DNA from: a bacterium
Lineage (GTDB): Bacteria; Campylobacterota; Campylobacteria; Campylobacterales; Sulfurimonadaceae
Length of the DNA stretch: 64,000 nucleotides
Assembly: GCA_018825665.1 (NCBI GenBank)
Contig: JAHJEG010000040.1
Span: 14,897 to 78,896, forward strand
Reading direction: 5' to 3'
Below, in pieces: positions 46,694-55,892 of this stretch. The position numbers and the translations under genes were made by a program. Below the pieces are notes generated by a model. The model was given only the letters and a program-made list of their open reading frames with translations. It was not told where the DNA came from and did not search any database. The number at the start of each line of letters is the position of its first letter. The stretch's first letter is position 1.

Positions 46694-47181
46694 ACCTTTG
46701 CCTTTACTTCTATCGCATAAGTCGGACATCTGCTGATACAGAATCCACATGCCGTGCATTTGGAATCATCAATTACAGGCATGAACATCGCTCTAAACTC
46801 AATAGCATCTTCCAAACAGGGATCTTTGCACGAAAAGCACATCACCCCGTCCCAACTTATGCAAGTTGATTGATTAATGCTTATTGTAGCATCTATGAGT
46901 TGTTTATCTTCTATATTCAAAACATCAAACTCACATGCAGTGGCACATTCATCACAGTAGGTACACCCGTTCCTTGAAAAATCAAGTCTGGGAGTTTTGT
47001 CTTCTGTTATGATTATAATCTGCTCTTGGCACAAAGTGGCACATTTGCCGTCGCACTGCTGGCACTCTGTGTCAAATGCATTTATATCTTTAAAGTAAGG
47101 GGGTCTTAACACCCTGTTTTGTTCTTTTCTCTCTTCTTTAAGGGATGAAGAGAGAAAGCCAAAAAGCTCTCTTCTATCCAT
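46690..47181 (-). CDS. napF: Ferredoxin-type protein NapF
   Basis: Several CxxCxxC(x)nC clusters (CQQCDGKCATLC, CTYCDECATAC, CTACGFCISRCP). 163 aa, lies in the nap operon. Confidence 0.75.
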   Translation of the reverse strand: MDRRELFGFLSSSLKEERKEQNRVLRPPYFKDINAFDTECQQCDGKCATLCQEQIIIITEDKTPRLDFSRNGCTYCDECATACEFDVLNIEDKQLIDATISINQSTCISWDGVMCFSCKDPCLEDAIEFRAMFMPVIDDSKCTACGFCISRCPTYAIEVKAKV

Positions 47182-47185
47182 CTTA

Positions 47186-47824
47186 TTATTTTTGGTTTAT
47201 AGTATCCAAGCCTTCCATAAGCTTAGAACCCTTCCAACTAGATTTGCTAGCACCGTCTTTGTCTGTAAAGTCAGCTTCAAAGTTATTTTTAACAAGCTGT
47301 CCGCTGCTTTGTGGAGCGTGACACTGAGAACAGTTAAATCTGGCACCTGCGAGTTTGTCTCCGGTACTTTTGATTGAAGTCTCATTTTTCATGTTATCGA
47401 CAGCTTTGCTAAATGTCTTTCCGTCAAACTGATGGTGAGGTCTCATATCCAAAAAGTGAGATGATGGAATCGGAGTTGCACCGACACCCTCAGCTACATC
47501 CGGCATGTGGCATCCGATACATTGATTATCATTGATCGTAATCGGCAGCATCCCGTCCGTATCATGTGGAATCATCGGAGGAGCATCCTGGAATGCTCTT
47601 TTGAACTTATTTCCACTTCCTGCATAACTGCTTGAATAGTTAGTCTTTTCGGCAGTTGTCCCTTTTTCGCTATAAAGATCCGTCTTTCTCAAACCAAGTG
47701 ATTCTTCACTGATAGTTGGAGTCGGCTTTTGAACCTCTTTTGCAGGCACCGCGCTATCATTACAGCCAATAAACAATATTGCCGCTACAGCTAAACCAAT
47801 TGTTAATTTACTTATTGTTTTCAT
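47186..47824 (-). CDS. napB: Dihaem cytochrome c NapB
   Basis: Start taken at MKTISKL (47824). Two haem c motifs, CIGCH and CSQCH. Signal peptide ends in a lipobox-like LFIGC. Confidence 0.85.
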   Translation of the reverse strand: MKTISKLTIGLAVAAILFIGCNDSAVPAKEVQKPTPTISEESLGLRKTDLYSEKGTTAEKTNYSSSYAGSGNKFKRAFQDAPPMIPHDTDGMLPITINDNQCIGCHMPDVAEGVGATPIPSSHFLDMRPHHQFDGKTFSKAVDNMKNETSIKSTGDKLAGARFNCSQCHAPQSSGQLVKNNFEADFTDKDGASKSSWKGSKLMEGLDTINQK

Positions 47825-47825
47825 A

Positions 47826-48653
47826 TTATTCTCCTGTTTTTTTATTCTGTGCAAGTTTTCTAATCGAAAACTCTAAAGCATCATCATCACAAACTTCTAT
47901 ACATCTAGCACAGTTCGTACATTCGCCTGAAAGTACAGGTAAACTCTCTTTACCAACCATGTATAACACTTGATGCTCAGGACATACATTTTTACATTTC
48001 ATACACAAAGTACAATTTGCTTCATTGTGATGTACTTTTATGAGACTAAATCTTCCTAAAAGCGAGTAAAATCCACCTAGTGGACATATATGCCCACACC
48101 ATCCGTTTTTTAGTACAAACAAATCAAAAAGAAAGATTACAAGCATTGCCGCCCAGCCAAAACCTAAACCAAAGATAATCCCCCTATGAAGCATAGATAT
48201 CGGAGATATAAATTCAAAGGCCGTGACACCCATTAATGCAGATATGACCAAGCTTAAAGCCAAAATCCAGTATCTCATATTTCTAGATGCCGGTTGTCTG
48301 CTTTGTATCTTGTCTATCTGAAGCTTTCTTCTTAAAAAATTAGCTGCATCCGTAACCATATTTACAGGGCAGACCCAACTACAAAATGCGCGACCGCCTA
48401 TTATGAAATAAAAAGCGGCAGCTACACCGACACCTATTAGCAAGTCAGTCGCTAAAAGTGCACCTGCTGCGAGCATTTGCAATGCAGCGTAGGGATCACT
48501 CATTGGAATTACACCTAAGATCTTAGATGAGCTCAAATTCCCCATGAGAACGCTCCATCCCCATGCATTCGCACCAAAATACAAAAACAGCAAACCCACC
48601 TGTGTAACTCTTCTCAAAATCAGGTAGCGGTAATTATTCCAAAGATTGCTCAT
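47826..48653 (-). CDS. napH: Membrane quinol-dehydrogenase subunit NapH
   Basis: Four TM helices with CSWVCP and CGHICP motifs. C-terminal 2x[4Fe-4S] motifs CTLCMKCKNVCP and CTNCARCIEVC. Confidence 0.85.
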   Translation of the reverse strand: MSNLWNNYRYLILRRVTQVGLLFLYFGANAWGWSVLMGNLSSSKILGVIPMSDPYAALQMLAAGALLATDLLIGVGVAAAFYFIIGGRAFCSWVCPVNMVTDAANFLRRKLQIDKIQSRQPASRNMRYWILALSLVISALMGVTAFEFISPISMLHRGIIFGLGFGWAAMLVIFLFDLFVLKNGWCGHICPLGGFYSLLGRFSLIKVHHNEANCTLCMKCKNVCPEHQVLYMVGKESLPVLSGECTNCARCIEVCDDDALEFSIRKLAQNKKTGE

Positions 48654-49444
48654 CAGTATAAATCCTCCAGACCTTCATTTAAAGAATCTATTGCAGATTC
48701 CTTGCTTATCTCAGTCGTTGTTGTTTGCGAAGTAGCATTTTCTAAACGCTTCTCATCCTCTTTATCCCAACCTTTGATATAGTAATCGCCGGCTCTGCCT
48801 TTTGCAACTTCTCTTGGAAGTACAAAAATAGCAGCTTTTTCGGTTACACAAGCTTTTTCACAAAGTCCACAACCGGTACAAGCATCGGAGTGAACGATAG
48901 GCTTCATAAAAGCATGCTTTCCTGTTCTTTCGTTCTTTTGATACTCTATAGTTATAGCCTTTCCTAAAAGGGGACAGGCTCTATAGCAGGCATCACATTG
49001 AATTCCCCAAAAAGCAATGCAACTCTCATCATCGATGACAGCAACACCCATGTCAGCCACATTAATGTCTAGTATGCCATCTCTTGTTACACTTGATTCA
49101 TCCAATGCTCCAGTCGGACAGACCGGAACACAAGGAATCTCCGGGCACATATAACAAGGTATGTCGCGAGGAACAAAATATGGCGTTCCCAAGGGTTTGT
49201 TATCCCCCGGTTTAGCGAGAACCAAAGTATCAAAGGGGCACGCCTCAACACATAATCCACATTTGATACAGGTACGAAGAAAATCACTCTCTTTAATAGC
49301 TCCAGGCGGACGCAGAAGTAAAGATGAAGCGGTAACTTCATCCACATACGCACTCCACACAAACCCACCAAGAGTGGCAAGTCCGACACCTCTTGCCATA
49401 TTTAAGATAAATTTTCTTCTATCGCTTAACGGTTCTTTCTTCAT
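48653..49444 (-). CDS. napG: Periplasmic ferredoxin-type subunit NapG
   Basis: Tat signal (DRRKFILNMARG). Four Fe-S cluster motifs: CIKCGLCVEACP, CYMCPEIPCVPVCP, CDACYRACP and CTGCGLCEKAC. Confidence 0.88.
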   Translation of the reverse strand: MKKEPLSDRRKFILNMARGVGLATLGGFVWSAYVDEVTASSLLLRPPGAIKESDFLRTCIKCGLCVEACPFDTLVLAKPGDNKPLGTPYFVPRDIPCYMCPEIPCVPVCPTGALDESSVTRDGILDINVADMGVAVIDDESCIAFWGIQCDACYRACPLLGKAITIEYQKNERTGKHAFMKPIVHSDACTGCGLCEKACVTEKAAIFVLPREVAKGRAGDYYIKGWDKEDEKRLENATSQTTTTEISKESAIDSLNEGLEDLY

Positions 49445-49452
49445 TTTTCAAT

Positions 49453-52299
49453 CTATGCTTTATAAATTTTTACTGCACATTTTTTAAAGTCTGTCTGTTT
49501 TGACTGTGGACATGTCGCATCTAAACAAACTTTGTTGATAAATACTTTTTCATCAAACCAAGGAACAAACACAAGTCCGCGAGAAGGTCTGTTTCTACCA
49601 CGTGTTTCAACTCTGGCTTTTACTTTGCCACGGCGAGATTCAACCCAGCAAAGCTCACCCTGTTTAACATCATAAGTTTTCGCATCTTCAGGGTGCATAT
49701 AACAAAGTGCTTCTGGAACCGCACGATAAAGTTCAGGTACACGCATAGTCATAGTTCCTGAGTGCCAGTGCTCTAAAACACGACCGGTACTTAACCATAC
49801 AGGGTATCTTTCATCTGGCATTTCCGGTGGATCCATGTACGGACGGGCAAATATTTTGGCCTTGTTTGCAAGACCGGTTTTTTCTGCTTTTTTAACTCCC
49901 ATTAAATCGCCGTACGGAAGTGCTTTTGCAAGTGTTCCGTAGAATGCGTGGGAATTTCCGCTTTCTTTTGTTTCTTTTGCAGCATATGGGTCATATTTGG
50001 AGTTAAATCTCCACTGTGTTTCTTTTCCGTCAACAACCGGCCATTTAAGTCCACGAACCTTATGGTATGTAGTAAACGGAGCAAGGTCATGCCCGTGTCC
50101 TCTACCAAAACTTGCGTATTCTTCAAACAGGTATTCATGAATCATAAATCCGTACCCTTTGAATACTTTTCCGTCTGAACCCACAACATTTCTGCTGTCT
50201 CCGTTACATTCGGAGTTATCATACCCCTGTTGAGGAAAGCTGTTTAAGTCAATTTTATACGATTTTGCTTCTTTATTTGCAAAAAGAATCTCATACATCG
50301 TTGTATCTTCGGTATATCCCATGGCTTTAGCCTGGTCAATTACACTCGGTAAAGAATTCGGTTTGCCGTTTGCATCTTTTCCGCGAAGCGGTTGTGCACC
50401 CCAAACATCTTTGACTGTAAATCTTTTTGAAAGCTCAACCCATTGCCAGGTATCACTCATCGCATCACCTACAGGAAGAACCTGTTGTCTCCAAAGTTGT
50501 GTACGACGTTCAGCGTTTCCGTAAGCTCCCCACTTTTCATAGATCATAGCAGACGGAAGGATAAGGTCTGAAACTTTTGCGGAAATACCAGGGTATCCAT
50601 CAGAAGTAACGATAAAATTATCCATCTCACGTGCTGCTTTGATCCAGTGAGAAGCACTTGCAGTGTCTTGATACGGGTTACAAACATTTACCCATGCAAA
50701 TTTAATCACACCGTCTTCGATATCTCTATGAATTTTCATGATGTGCTGATTACCGATATGGTTAAGTGTTCCTGCTGGAACCTTCCATCTGTTTTCCGTA
50801 ATCTCTCTGTGTTTAGGGTTGGCTACCATCATATCCGCAGGTAAACGGTGACAGAATGTTCCAACTTCTCTTGCAGTTCCACATGCCGAAGGCTGTCCTG
50901 TTAACGAGAACGCACCGGAGCCCGGAATAGCTTGTTTATTTAGCAAAAAGTGAACATTGTATGAAAGAGTATTTACCCAGGTACCGCGAGTATGTTGATT
51001 CATACCCATTGTCCAGAAGGAAACAACTTTTCTTCCCTTTTCAATGTAAAGGTCTGCTAGAGTCTGAAGTTTTTTCTTGAACTCGTTGATATCTTCATCC
51101 GGATTTCCTTTTGAGATAGTTGCAACATAATCAAGTGTGTACGGCTCCAAGAATTTTTTATACTCATCAAATGAGATTTCCCAGTGGGCAAGACCGGCGT
51201 CTTTGTTCACCATCACATCACCCTCTTTGTAACCGTAAGGTTTAAGTGCAGGCGCTTCTTTTGCAGAGACTACTTTTTTCATCTCTTTGTTTATAATTTC
51301 CATCTCAAGTGCAGTGTAGTTACCGGCACTACCGTCAGGATTTACAGGAGTTAAAGATTTTTCCCCCTCTTTTCTCAAGCCATAACCAAGATTTACAGGC
51401 GAGGCAGCAAATACTATGTGTTTTTTTACGAAATCCCAATCAATAGATTCAGGGTTGTTGTATACAATTTCTCTTGCTATATAGTTCCATAAAGCAAGGT
51501 CTGTATTTGGTGAGAAAATAATCTCAATATCAGCCAAATCTGAAGTTCTATGTCTATATGTTGACATATTGATAACTTTTACACGATCTGGATCTGAAAG
51601 TTTTCTATCTGTTACACGGGACCAAAGAATAGGGTGCATCTCTGCCATATTTGAACCCCACGACACGATAGTATCAGTTAGCTCAATATCATCATAACAA
51701 CCAGAAGGTTCATCAATACCAAAAGTTTGATAGAAGCCCACAACGGCAGATGCCATACAGTGACGGGCATTTGGATCGATCGCATTGGATCTGAATCCGC
51801 CTTTCATCATCTTTTGTGCTGCATACCCTTCCATAACAGTGTATTGTCCGGATGCAAATACCCCCACACCCTCAGGACCGCTTGCTTTTAGAGCTTTTTT
51901 GATGTTTAATTCCATCTCGTCAAAGGCTCTTTCCCATGATATAGGAGCAAATTTACCCTGTTTGTCAAAGTTTCCATTAGCATCAACTCTCAAAAGAGGT
52001 TGAGTAAGTCTATCTGCACCATACATAATCTTAGCATTAAAGTACCCTTTAATACAGTTTAGACCACGATTAACCGGAGCCGCCGGGTCACCTTTAACGG
52101 CTACGATCTTACCGTTTTTAGTAGCCATCATAATTCCACAGCCAGTACCGCAAAAACGACAAGCCGCCTTGTCCCATCTCCAACTATTCTCAACATCGTC
52201 AGCCTGCGCTTGAACTTCGCTCGGTATTGTCATACCAATCGCTGCCGCGGCAGACGCTGCTGCTGAACTTTTAAGAAATTCTCTTCTAGAAAGTGACAT
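49453..52299 (-). CDS. napA: Periplasmic nitrate reductase catalytic subunit NapA
   Basis: Start taken at the ATG at 52299, with an AGGAG Shine-Dalgarno 6 nt upstream. Tat signal [21 protein letters not shown]-terminal [4Fe-4S] motif CRFCGTGCG. Molybdopterin oxidoreductase body. The 20 upstream codons in the ORF track are probably not translated. Confidence 0.95.
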   Translation of the reverse strand: MSLSRREFLKSSAAASAAAAIGMTIPSEVQAQADDVENSWRWDKAACRFCGTGCGIMMATKNGKIVAVKGDPAAPVNRGLNCIKGYFNAKIMYGADRLTQPLLRVDANGNFDKQGKFAPISWERAFDEMELNIKKALKASGPEGVGVFASGQYTVMEGYAAQKMMKGGFRSNAIDPNARHCMASAVVGFYQTFGIDEPSGCYDDIELTDTIVSWGSNMAEMHPILWSRVTDRKLSDPDRVKVINMSTYRHRTSDLADIEIIFSPNTDLALWNYIAREIVYNNPESIDWDFVKKHIVFAASPVNLGYGLRKEGEKSLTPVNPDGSAGNYTALEMEIINKEMKKVVSAKEAPALKPYGYKEGDVMVNKDAGLAHWEISFDEYKKFLEPYTLDYVATISKGNPDEDINEFKKKLQTLADLYIEKGRKVVSFWTMGMNQHTRGTWVNTLSYNVHFLLNKQAIPGSGAFSLTGQPSACGTAREVGTFCHRLPADMMVANPKHREITENRWKVPAGTLNHIGNQHIMKIHRDIEDGVIKFAWVNVCNPYQDTASASHWIKAAREMDNFIVTSDGYPGISAKVSDLILPSAMIYEKWGAYGNAERRTQLWRQQVLPVGDAMSDTWQWVELSKRFTVKDVWGAQPLRGKDANGKPNSLPSVIDQAKAMGYTEDTTMYEILFANKEAKSYKIDLNSFPQQGYDNSECNGDSRNVVGSDGKVFKGYGFMIHEYLFEEYASFGRGHGHDLAPFTTYHKVRGLKWPVVDGKETQWRFNSKYDPYAAKETKESGNSHAFYGTLAKALPYGDLMGVKKAEKTGLANKAKIFARPYMDPPEMPDERYPVWLSTGRVLEHWHSGTMTMRVPELYRAVPEALCYMHPEDAKTYDVKQGELCWVESRRGKVKARVETRGRNRPSRGLVFVPWFDEKVFINKVCLDATCPQSKQTDFKKCAVKIYKA

Positions 52300-52386
52300 A
52301 ATTTCTCCTATTTGATAATTTTGAAAATAAAGTAATTTATAAAAAATTACTAACTCCAACTTGTTAAGGTTTTAACTAACACTTCA

Positions 52387-52395
52387 ATACTATCA
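52387..52395 (-). promoter_or_regulatory. Predicted napA extended -10 element (TGATAGTAT on the minus strand)
   Basis: The reverse complement of 52387-52395 reads TGATAGTAT (TGn + TAGTAT). If this is -15..-7, the TSS is near 52380, 81 nt upstream of the napA ATG. Confidence 0.45.
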
Positions 52396-52414
52396 CTTTG
52401 GGAAAATGAAATCT

Positions 52415-52428
52415 TTGACCTGAGTCAA
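52415..52428 (-). promoter_or_regulatory. FNR/CRP-family dyad TTGAC-N4-GTCAA upstream of napA
   Basis: Perfect 5+5 inverted repeat, TTGAC ctga GTCAA. With the predicted -10 at 52387-52392, the dyad centre falls at -41.5. Confidence 0.6.
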
Positions 52429-52487
52429 GAATCTAGAATTATTTTTTAAGATAATTTTTATATTATCTTTTTTTTATATCAAAAAGG

Positions 52488-53495
52488 CTACAATTTAGCC
52501 TCTTGACAGCTCCTTGTCAGTTTTTCAAGTTCGTTCTTAAGATTTTGCAGTTTTTTTGTTGAATTGATTAACTCTTCTGTAGACTCTATTACTATGTCTT
52601 CACTGTTGTTTAGATGTTTATGAGTTAATTGTTTATCTTTAAGTTCATCTAAGATATTATCGAATTCATCTGTCAGTTCTTCAAGTTTTTGTGCCGCCTG
52701 CTGAGATTGAAGCAATGCCTCATTGGAGTAGTCCATTGCGGAATTTATTTTCTTGATAAAACAGTTGATGGTATCGCTCACTTCTAAAAGCTCACTCTCA
52801 GCTTCAATCTGTATGGGTTTTAGTTTGTCTGTATTCTCATTGTCATTCGCCAGTTTTTTTGAATACTGCATAAATTCGTCTACATGAGACTCTATGACCC
52901 TGAGTTGGAATAAAGAGTATAGAAATATTATAAACAAGATTGCAGCGGAAGAATACTGGAATGTTCTTATATAGTCTGTTTTTGTCTCACTGTTGTTGGT
53001 ATAGAGAGTGACGAGTTTATCCACGTTATCCAGGAGAATCGTGTTGTTTTTATAGATAGAGTCGACTATTCTTTTCAATTCGTTTGTGCTGTTGATTTCA
53101 TGGGTTGTCGCATAAAGTTTATAGTTTTGGATGTCTTCATAGAATTTTTCCCACAGTACATTGACCTCACTGAGCTGGTCGGCTATTTTTTGTGTAGGGA
53201 CCGATGCTATTTGTTTTTCTTTGTCGCCATGCTTTAAAATATTCAATGTAGCTATAAATTCGTCAATTGCAGAATTTAATTCATAAAAATCTTTATTTGA
53301 ACTGTAGTAGATATAAAAAATATTTTTGGCCATTTTCTGCGTAAGCATTCTTTGTTTGCCCACCATGTTGATAATCAATGCATCTTTTGCATTTTGCTGG
53401 TTTAGATATATAGTCGTGCTTATTACGCTAAGCATTAAAAATATAAGCAATAAACCGAGCACTTTTATCTTTGTACTGATTTTATTTATTTTCAT
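52488..53495 (-). CDS. Membrane protein with a PilJ-N/NarX-NarQ-like periplasmic four-helix sensor domain and a coiled-coil cytoplasmic tail, no recognisable output domain
   Basis: TM1, then INMVGKQRMLTQKMAKN, which resembles the AGRQRMLSQR helix-1 motif of PilJ-N/NarX-type sensors. TM2 (AAILFIIFLYSLFQL). A coiled coil of about 125 aa follows. No HisKA, HATPase, MCP tip or GGDEF motif. Confidence 0.6.
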   Translation of the reverse strand: MKINKISTKIKVLGLLLIFLMLSVISTTIYLNQQNAKDALIINMVGKQRMLTQKMAKNIFYIYYSSNKDFYELNSAIDEFIATLNILKHGDKEKQIASVPTQKIADQLSEVNVLWEKFYEDIQNYKLYATTHEINSTNELKRIVDSIYKNNTILLDNVDKLVTLYTNNSETKTDYIRTFQYSSAAILFIIFLYSLFQLRVIESHVDEFMQYSKKLANDNENTDKLKPIQIEAESELLEVSDTINCFIKKINSAMDYSNEALLQSQQAAQKLEELTDEFDNILDELKDKQLTHKHLNNSEDIVIESTEELINSTKKLQNLKNELEKLTRSCQEAKL

Positions 53496-53500
53496 AGTAT

Positions 53501-54163
53501 TTATTCACCTTTATATATTGCTTCGAGTGCTTTTGTGTCAAGCACGGAGATATCTGTATTGTCTATCTCTATAATATTACTTCTTTTGAGCTTTTTCAAT
53601 ACCCGAGAAAGTGTTTCGGGCTGAATATGCAGCATAAAAGAGACCTCCTGCCTTTTTAAGGAGTTAAACATTTTTAAATCATCACTCAGCATAAAAGCGA
53701 CTTTGGCTGTTGCATCAAAGACCAGCTCCCTGTTTACAACACAGTGTAGCTGAGATGTTTTTAAAAGTATTTCGTTTATAAATTCATTATTCAAGAGATT
53801 CTTTGATAAAAAATGCTTTTTAAGTTCACAAAAATCAACTTCCAAAATCGTACTGTCTTCCATAAACTCCGCATTTGAAAAGCAGTGGATATGATTGTTG
53901 TCAAGTGTCGTTAATTCTGATATGAGAGAGTTGGCATGGATATGATATAAAAAGATCTCATTATCATATTTATCTATTTTGTATACCTTCAAAAGTCCGT
54001 GTACGAGAAAAAATATTTTATTGAAAGTCTCATTTTCATAATAAAGTATAGAGTTCTTCGGATATTTGATGATATTAGAAAAGCTGCCTACTGTTTCCAA
54101 CTGTTCATCATTTAAGGATTCAAAGAACTTCAGTTCTTTAATATATGCTAGTTTTGCTGTCAT
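53501..54163 (-). CDS. Crp/Fnr-family transcriptional regulator without an N-terminal Cys cluster
   Basis: cNMP-binding-like beta-roll (YYENETFNKIFFLVHGLLKVY). C-terminal HTH RQEVSFMLHIQPETLSRVLKKL carries the FNR-type E--SR recognition motif. There is no FNR-like Cys cluster. Confidence 0.8.
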   Translation of the reverse strand: MTAKLAYIKELKFFESLNDEQLETVGSFSNIIKYPKNSILYYENETFNKIFFLVHGLLKVYKIDKYDNEIFLYHIHANSLISELTTLDNNHIHCFSNAEFMEDSTILEVDFCELKKHFLSKNLLNNEFINEILLKTSQLHCVVNRELVFDATAKVAFMLSDDLKMFNSLKRQEVSFMLHIQPETLSRVLKKLKRSNIIEIDNTDISVLDTKALEAIYKGE

Positions 54164-54481
54164 CTATTTCTTCAAAAAGTTTTGCAACTCTAAGTATTCT
54201 TCTTCTATCGTTTTCATGTTTTGAAGCATTTTCATCTCATCAACACCTGCATTCTCATTCAAAAATTCTTCACGCCACTGTATATTTTTGCTTAATTCGT
54301 CCAACCCTGTTGTTACGTATTCAAGCATCTGCTCTATCTCCGTACCGTTGATCGCTCCGCTTGAATCAGCCTTATAAAACAAAAGTGCATACTCCCCCAT
54401 CTCGTTAGAATAGCGAAAATCGTCAGCTATGTTTTTTATAATCTCTTTCAAACGTTTGTTTTTAAATTCTCTTTTTGCCAT
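54164..54481 (-). CDS. Hypothetical protein (105 aa), first gene of the crp/fnr unit
   Basis: Its stop abuts the Crp/Fnr start codon (0-nt spacer). Helical, acidic, with no recognisable motif. Confidence 0.4.
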   Translation of the reverse strand: MAKREFKNKRLKEIIKNIADDFRYSNEMGEYALLFYKADSSGAINGTEIEQMLEYVTTGLDELSKNIQWREEFLNENAGVDEMKMLQNMKTIEEEYLELQNFLKK

Positions 54482-54637
54482 AAATAAGACCTTTCATTAG
54501 TTTGCAATTTGACAGGTTTTTAAGTGTGATTTGCATTTTATCATAAAATATATTACACATTGCAGATTCAGAAGTTTCATCAATCGGTGTCTTGGTATGA
54601 TTTTTGCTATTTTTAACAAGATTCATTAGGGAATAAT

Positions 54638-55873
54638 ATGCAGTTTATAGAAGCCTTGAAACTCAGGGGCAAACTTTTTTTTCTATTTATATTAATAACC
54701 ATAGGGCTTTTTGCCATAGGGATTATGGGTGCCATAAATATAGAATCCACGAAGAAAAATGTGGATTCGCTTTATTTTGGCTCACTTATACCCGTAACAG
54801 AACTCAATGAGATAATTCAGATGTATCATAACGGGCTTGCCGGCACTATATATAAAGCAAAAACTGCTGAAATAAGTCCGAGTCAAACGAATGCACAGAT
54901 ACAAAACTCCATAGCCAAGATACAGGGATTGTGGAAAAGTTATGATTCCCATTTTAAAAGAGATACGGAACTTGACTATGTGGAATACGTCTCTCTTGAA
55001 ATAAACTCTGTCAACGAATATTTTCAAAAGATTCTGCAGATGAATATGGACGAAAAAAACTTAAAAAATATATCTCTGCATACTTTGGAAAAGAACATAG
55101 CACATGTAAATTCAGTGATACAAAAGCTGGTGAAATATGAGGTCGATGTAGCAAAATACGAAAGAGAAAAGTTTCTAAAGAAATACAGCTCCGCCATTGC
55201 CGAACTCACTATTGTCCTGACTCTCATAATCATCGGTGTTGTAGTCATAATGTATTATGTTTTTAAAAGCATCCAGATGGATCATACAAAGCTGGAGATA
55301 ACGACAAAAAAGCTAAAAAGGGTAAACAAAAAACTGGAAAATGTTTCCTATACGGATACGCTTACCTCCTTGCATAACAGACGCTATTTTAATCTTGTGT
55401 ATGATCAGGAACTCAAACGGGCCAAAAGAACACATAGTTATATAACATTTATGATGTTGGATATAGACTTTTTTAAACAGTACAATGACACATACGGACA
55501 TATAGAGGGCGATTATGCCCTTAAATCTGTTGCAAAGGTTTTGCAGGATGTTCTTAAAAGACCGAGTGATTTTGTCTTTAGGTTAGGGGGAGAAGAATTT
55601 GGAATTTTACTCACCCAGACAGATGACACGAACAGTTCAAAGCTTGCCCAGTACATTTGTGATTCGGTAAGAGAAAGAGAGATCAAACATACAGCAAGCA
55701 AGATAAACAAGTATCTGACCGTGTCTATCGGCGTAGTGTGCTGTATAGCCGATGATGCCCTTGATGAGGATATGCTGATTTCAAAGGCGGATAAAATGCT
55801 CTATCAGGCAAAAGACAGAGGAAGAGACAGATACTGCATAACAACAAATGTAAGTGACTCACGCATAAAATAA
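54638..55873 (+). CDS. Membrane sensor diguanylate cyclase (four-helix-bundle-like periplasmic domain plus GGDEF)
   Basis: Two TM helices bracket a helical domain of about 160 aa. GGDEF domain: MLDIDFFKQYNDTYGHIEGD ... RLGGEEFGILL ... MLYQAKDRGRDR. Confidence 0.85.
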   Translation: MQFIEALKLRGKLFFLFILITIGLFAIGIMGAINIESTKKNVDSLYFGSLIPVTELNEIIQMYHNGLAGTIYKAKTAEISPSQTNAQIQNSIAKIQGLWKSYDSHFKRDTELDYVEYVSLEINSVNEYFQKILQMNMDEKNLKNISLHTLEKNIAHVNSVIQKLVKYEVDVAKYEREKFLKKYSSAIAELTIVLTLIIIGVVVIMYYVFKSIQMDHTKLEITTKKLKRVNKKLENVSYTDTLTSLHNRRYFNLVYDQELKRAKRTHSYITFMMLDIDFFKQYNDTYGHIEGDYALKSVAKVLQDVLKRPSDFVFRLGGEEFGILLTQTDDTNSSKLAQYICDSVREREIKHTASKINKYLTVSIGVVCCIADDALDEDMLISKADKMLYQAKDRGRDRYCITTNVSDSRIK

Positions 55874-55892
55874 ATTTTAAAGAGGTGGAAAT

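Noticed and set aside
52300-52359. 20-codon N-terminal extension of NapA in the ORF track ([20 protein letters not shown])
   Set aside because: The Tat signal begins at [10 protein letters not shown], and an AGGAG SD sits 6 nt upstream of that ATG, inside the supposed extension. The same reasoning was applied to the extended ORFs of napL (46694-46759), napB (47825-47854), the FAH-like gene (58155-58313), mlaF (36150-36194) and pepP (38465-38485).
54482-54637. Search for a second FNR-type dyad in the divergent region between the orf105-crp unit and the GGDEF gene
   Set aside because: Only a half-site (TTGAC aggt TTTTA) and a loose TTTGCAaTTT / TTTGCAtTTT direct repeat are present. There is no convincing dyad.
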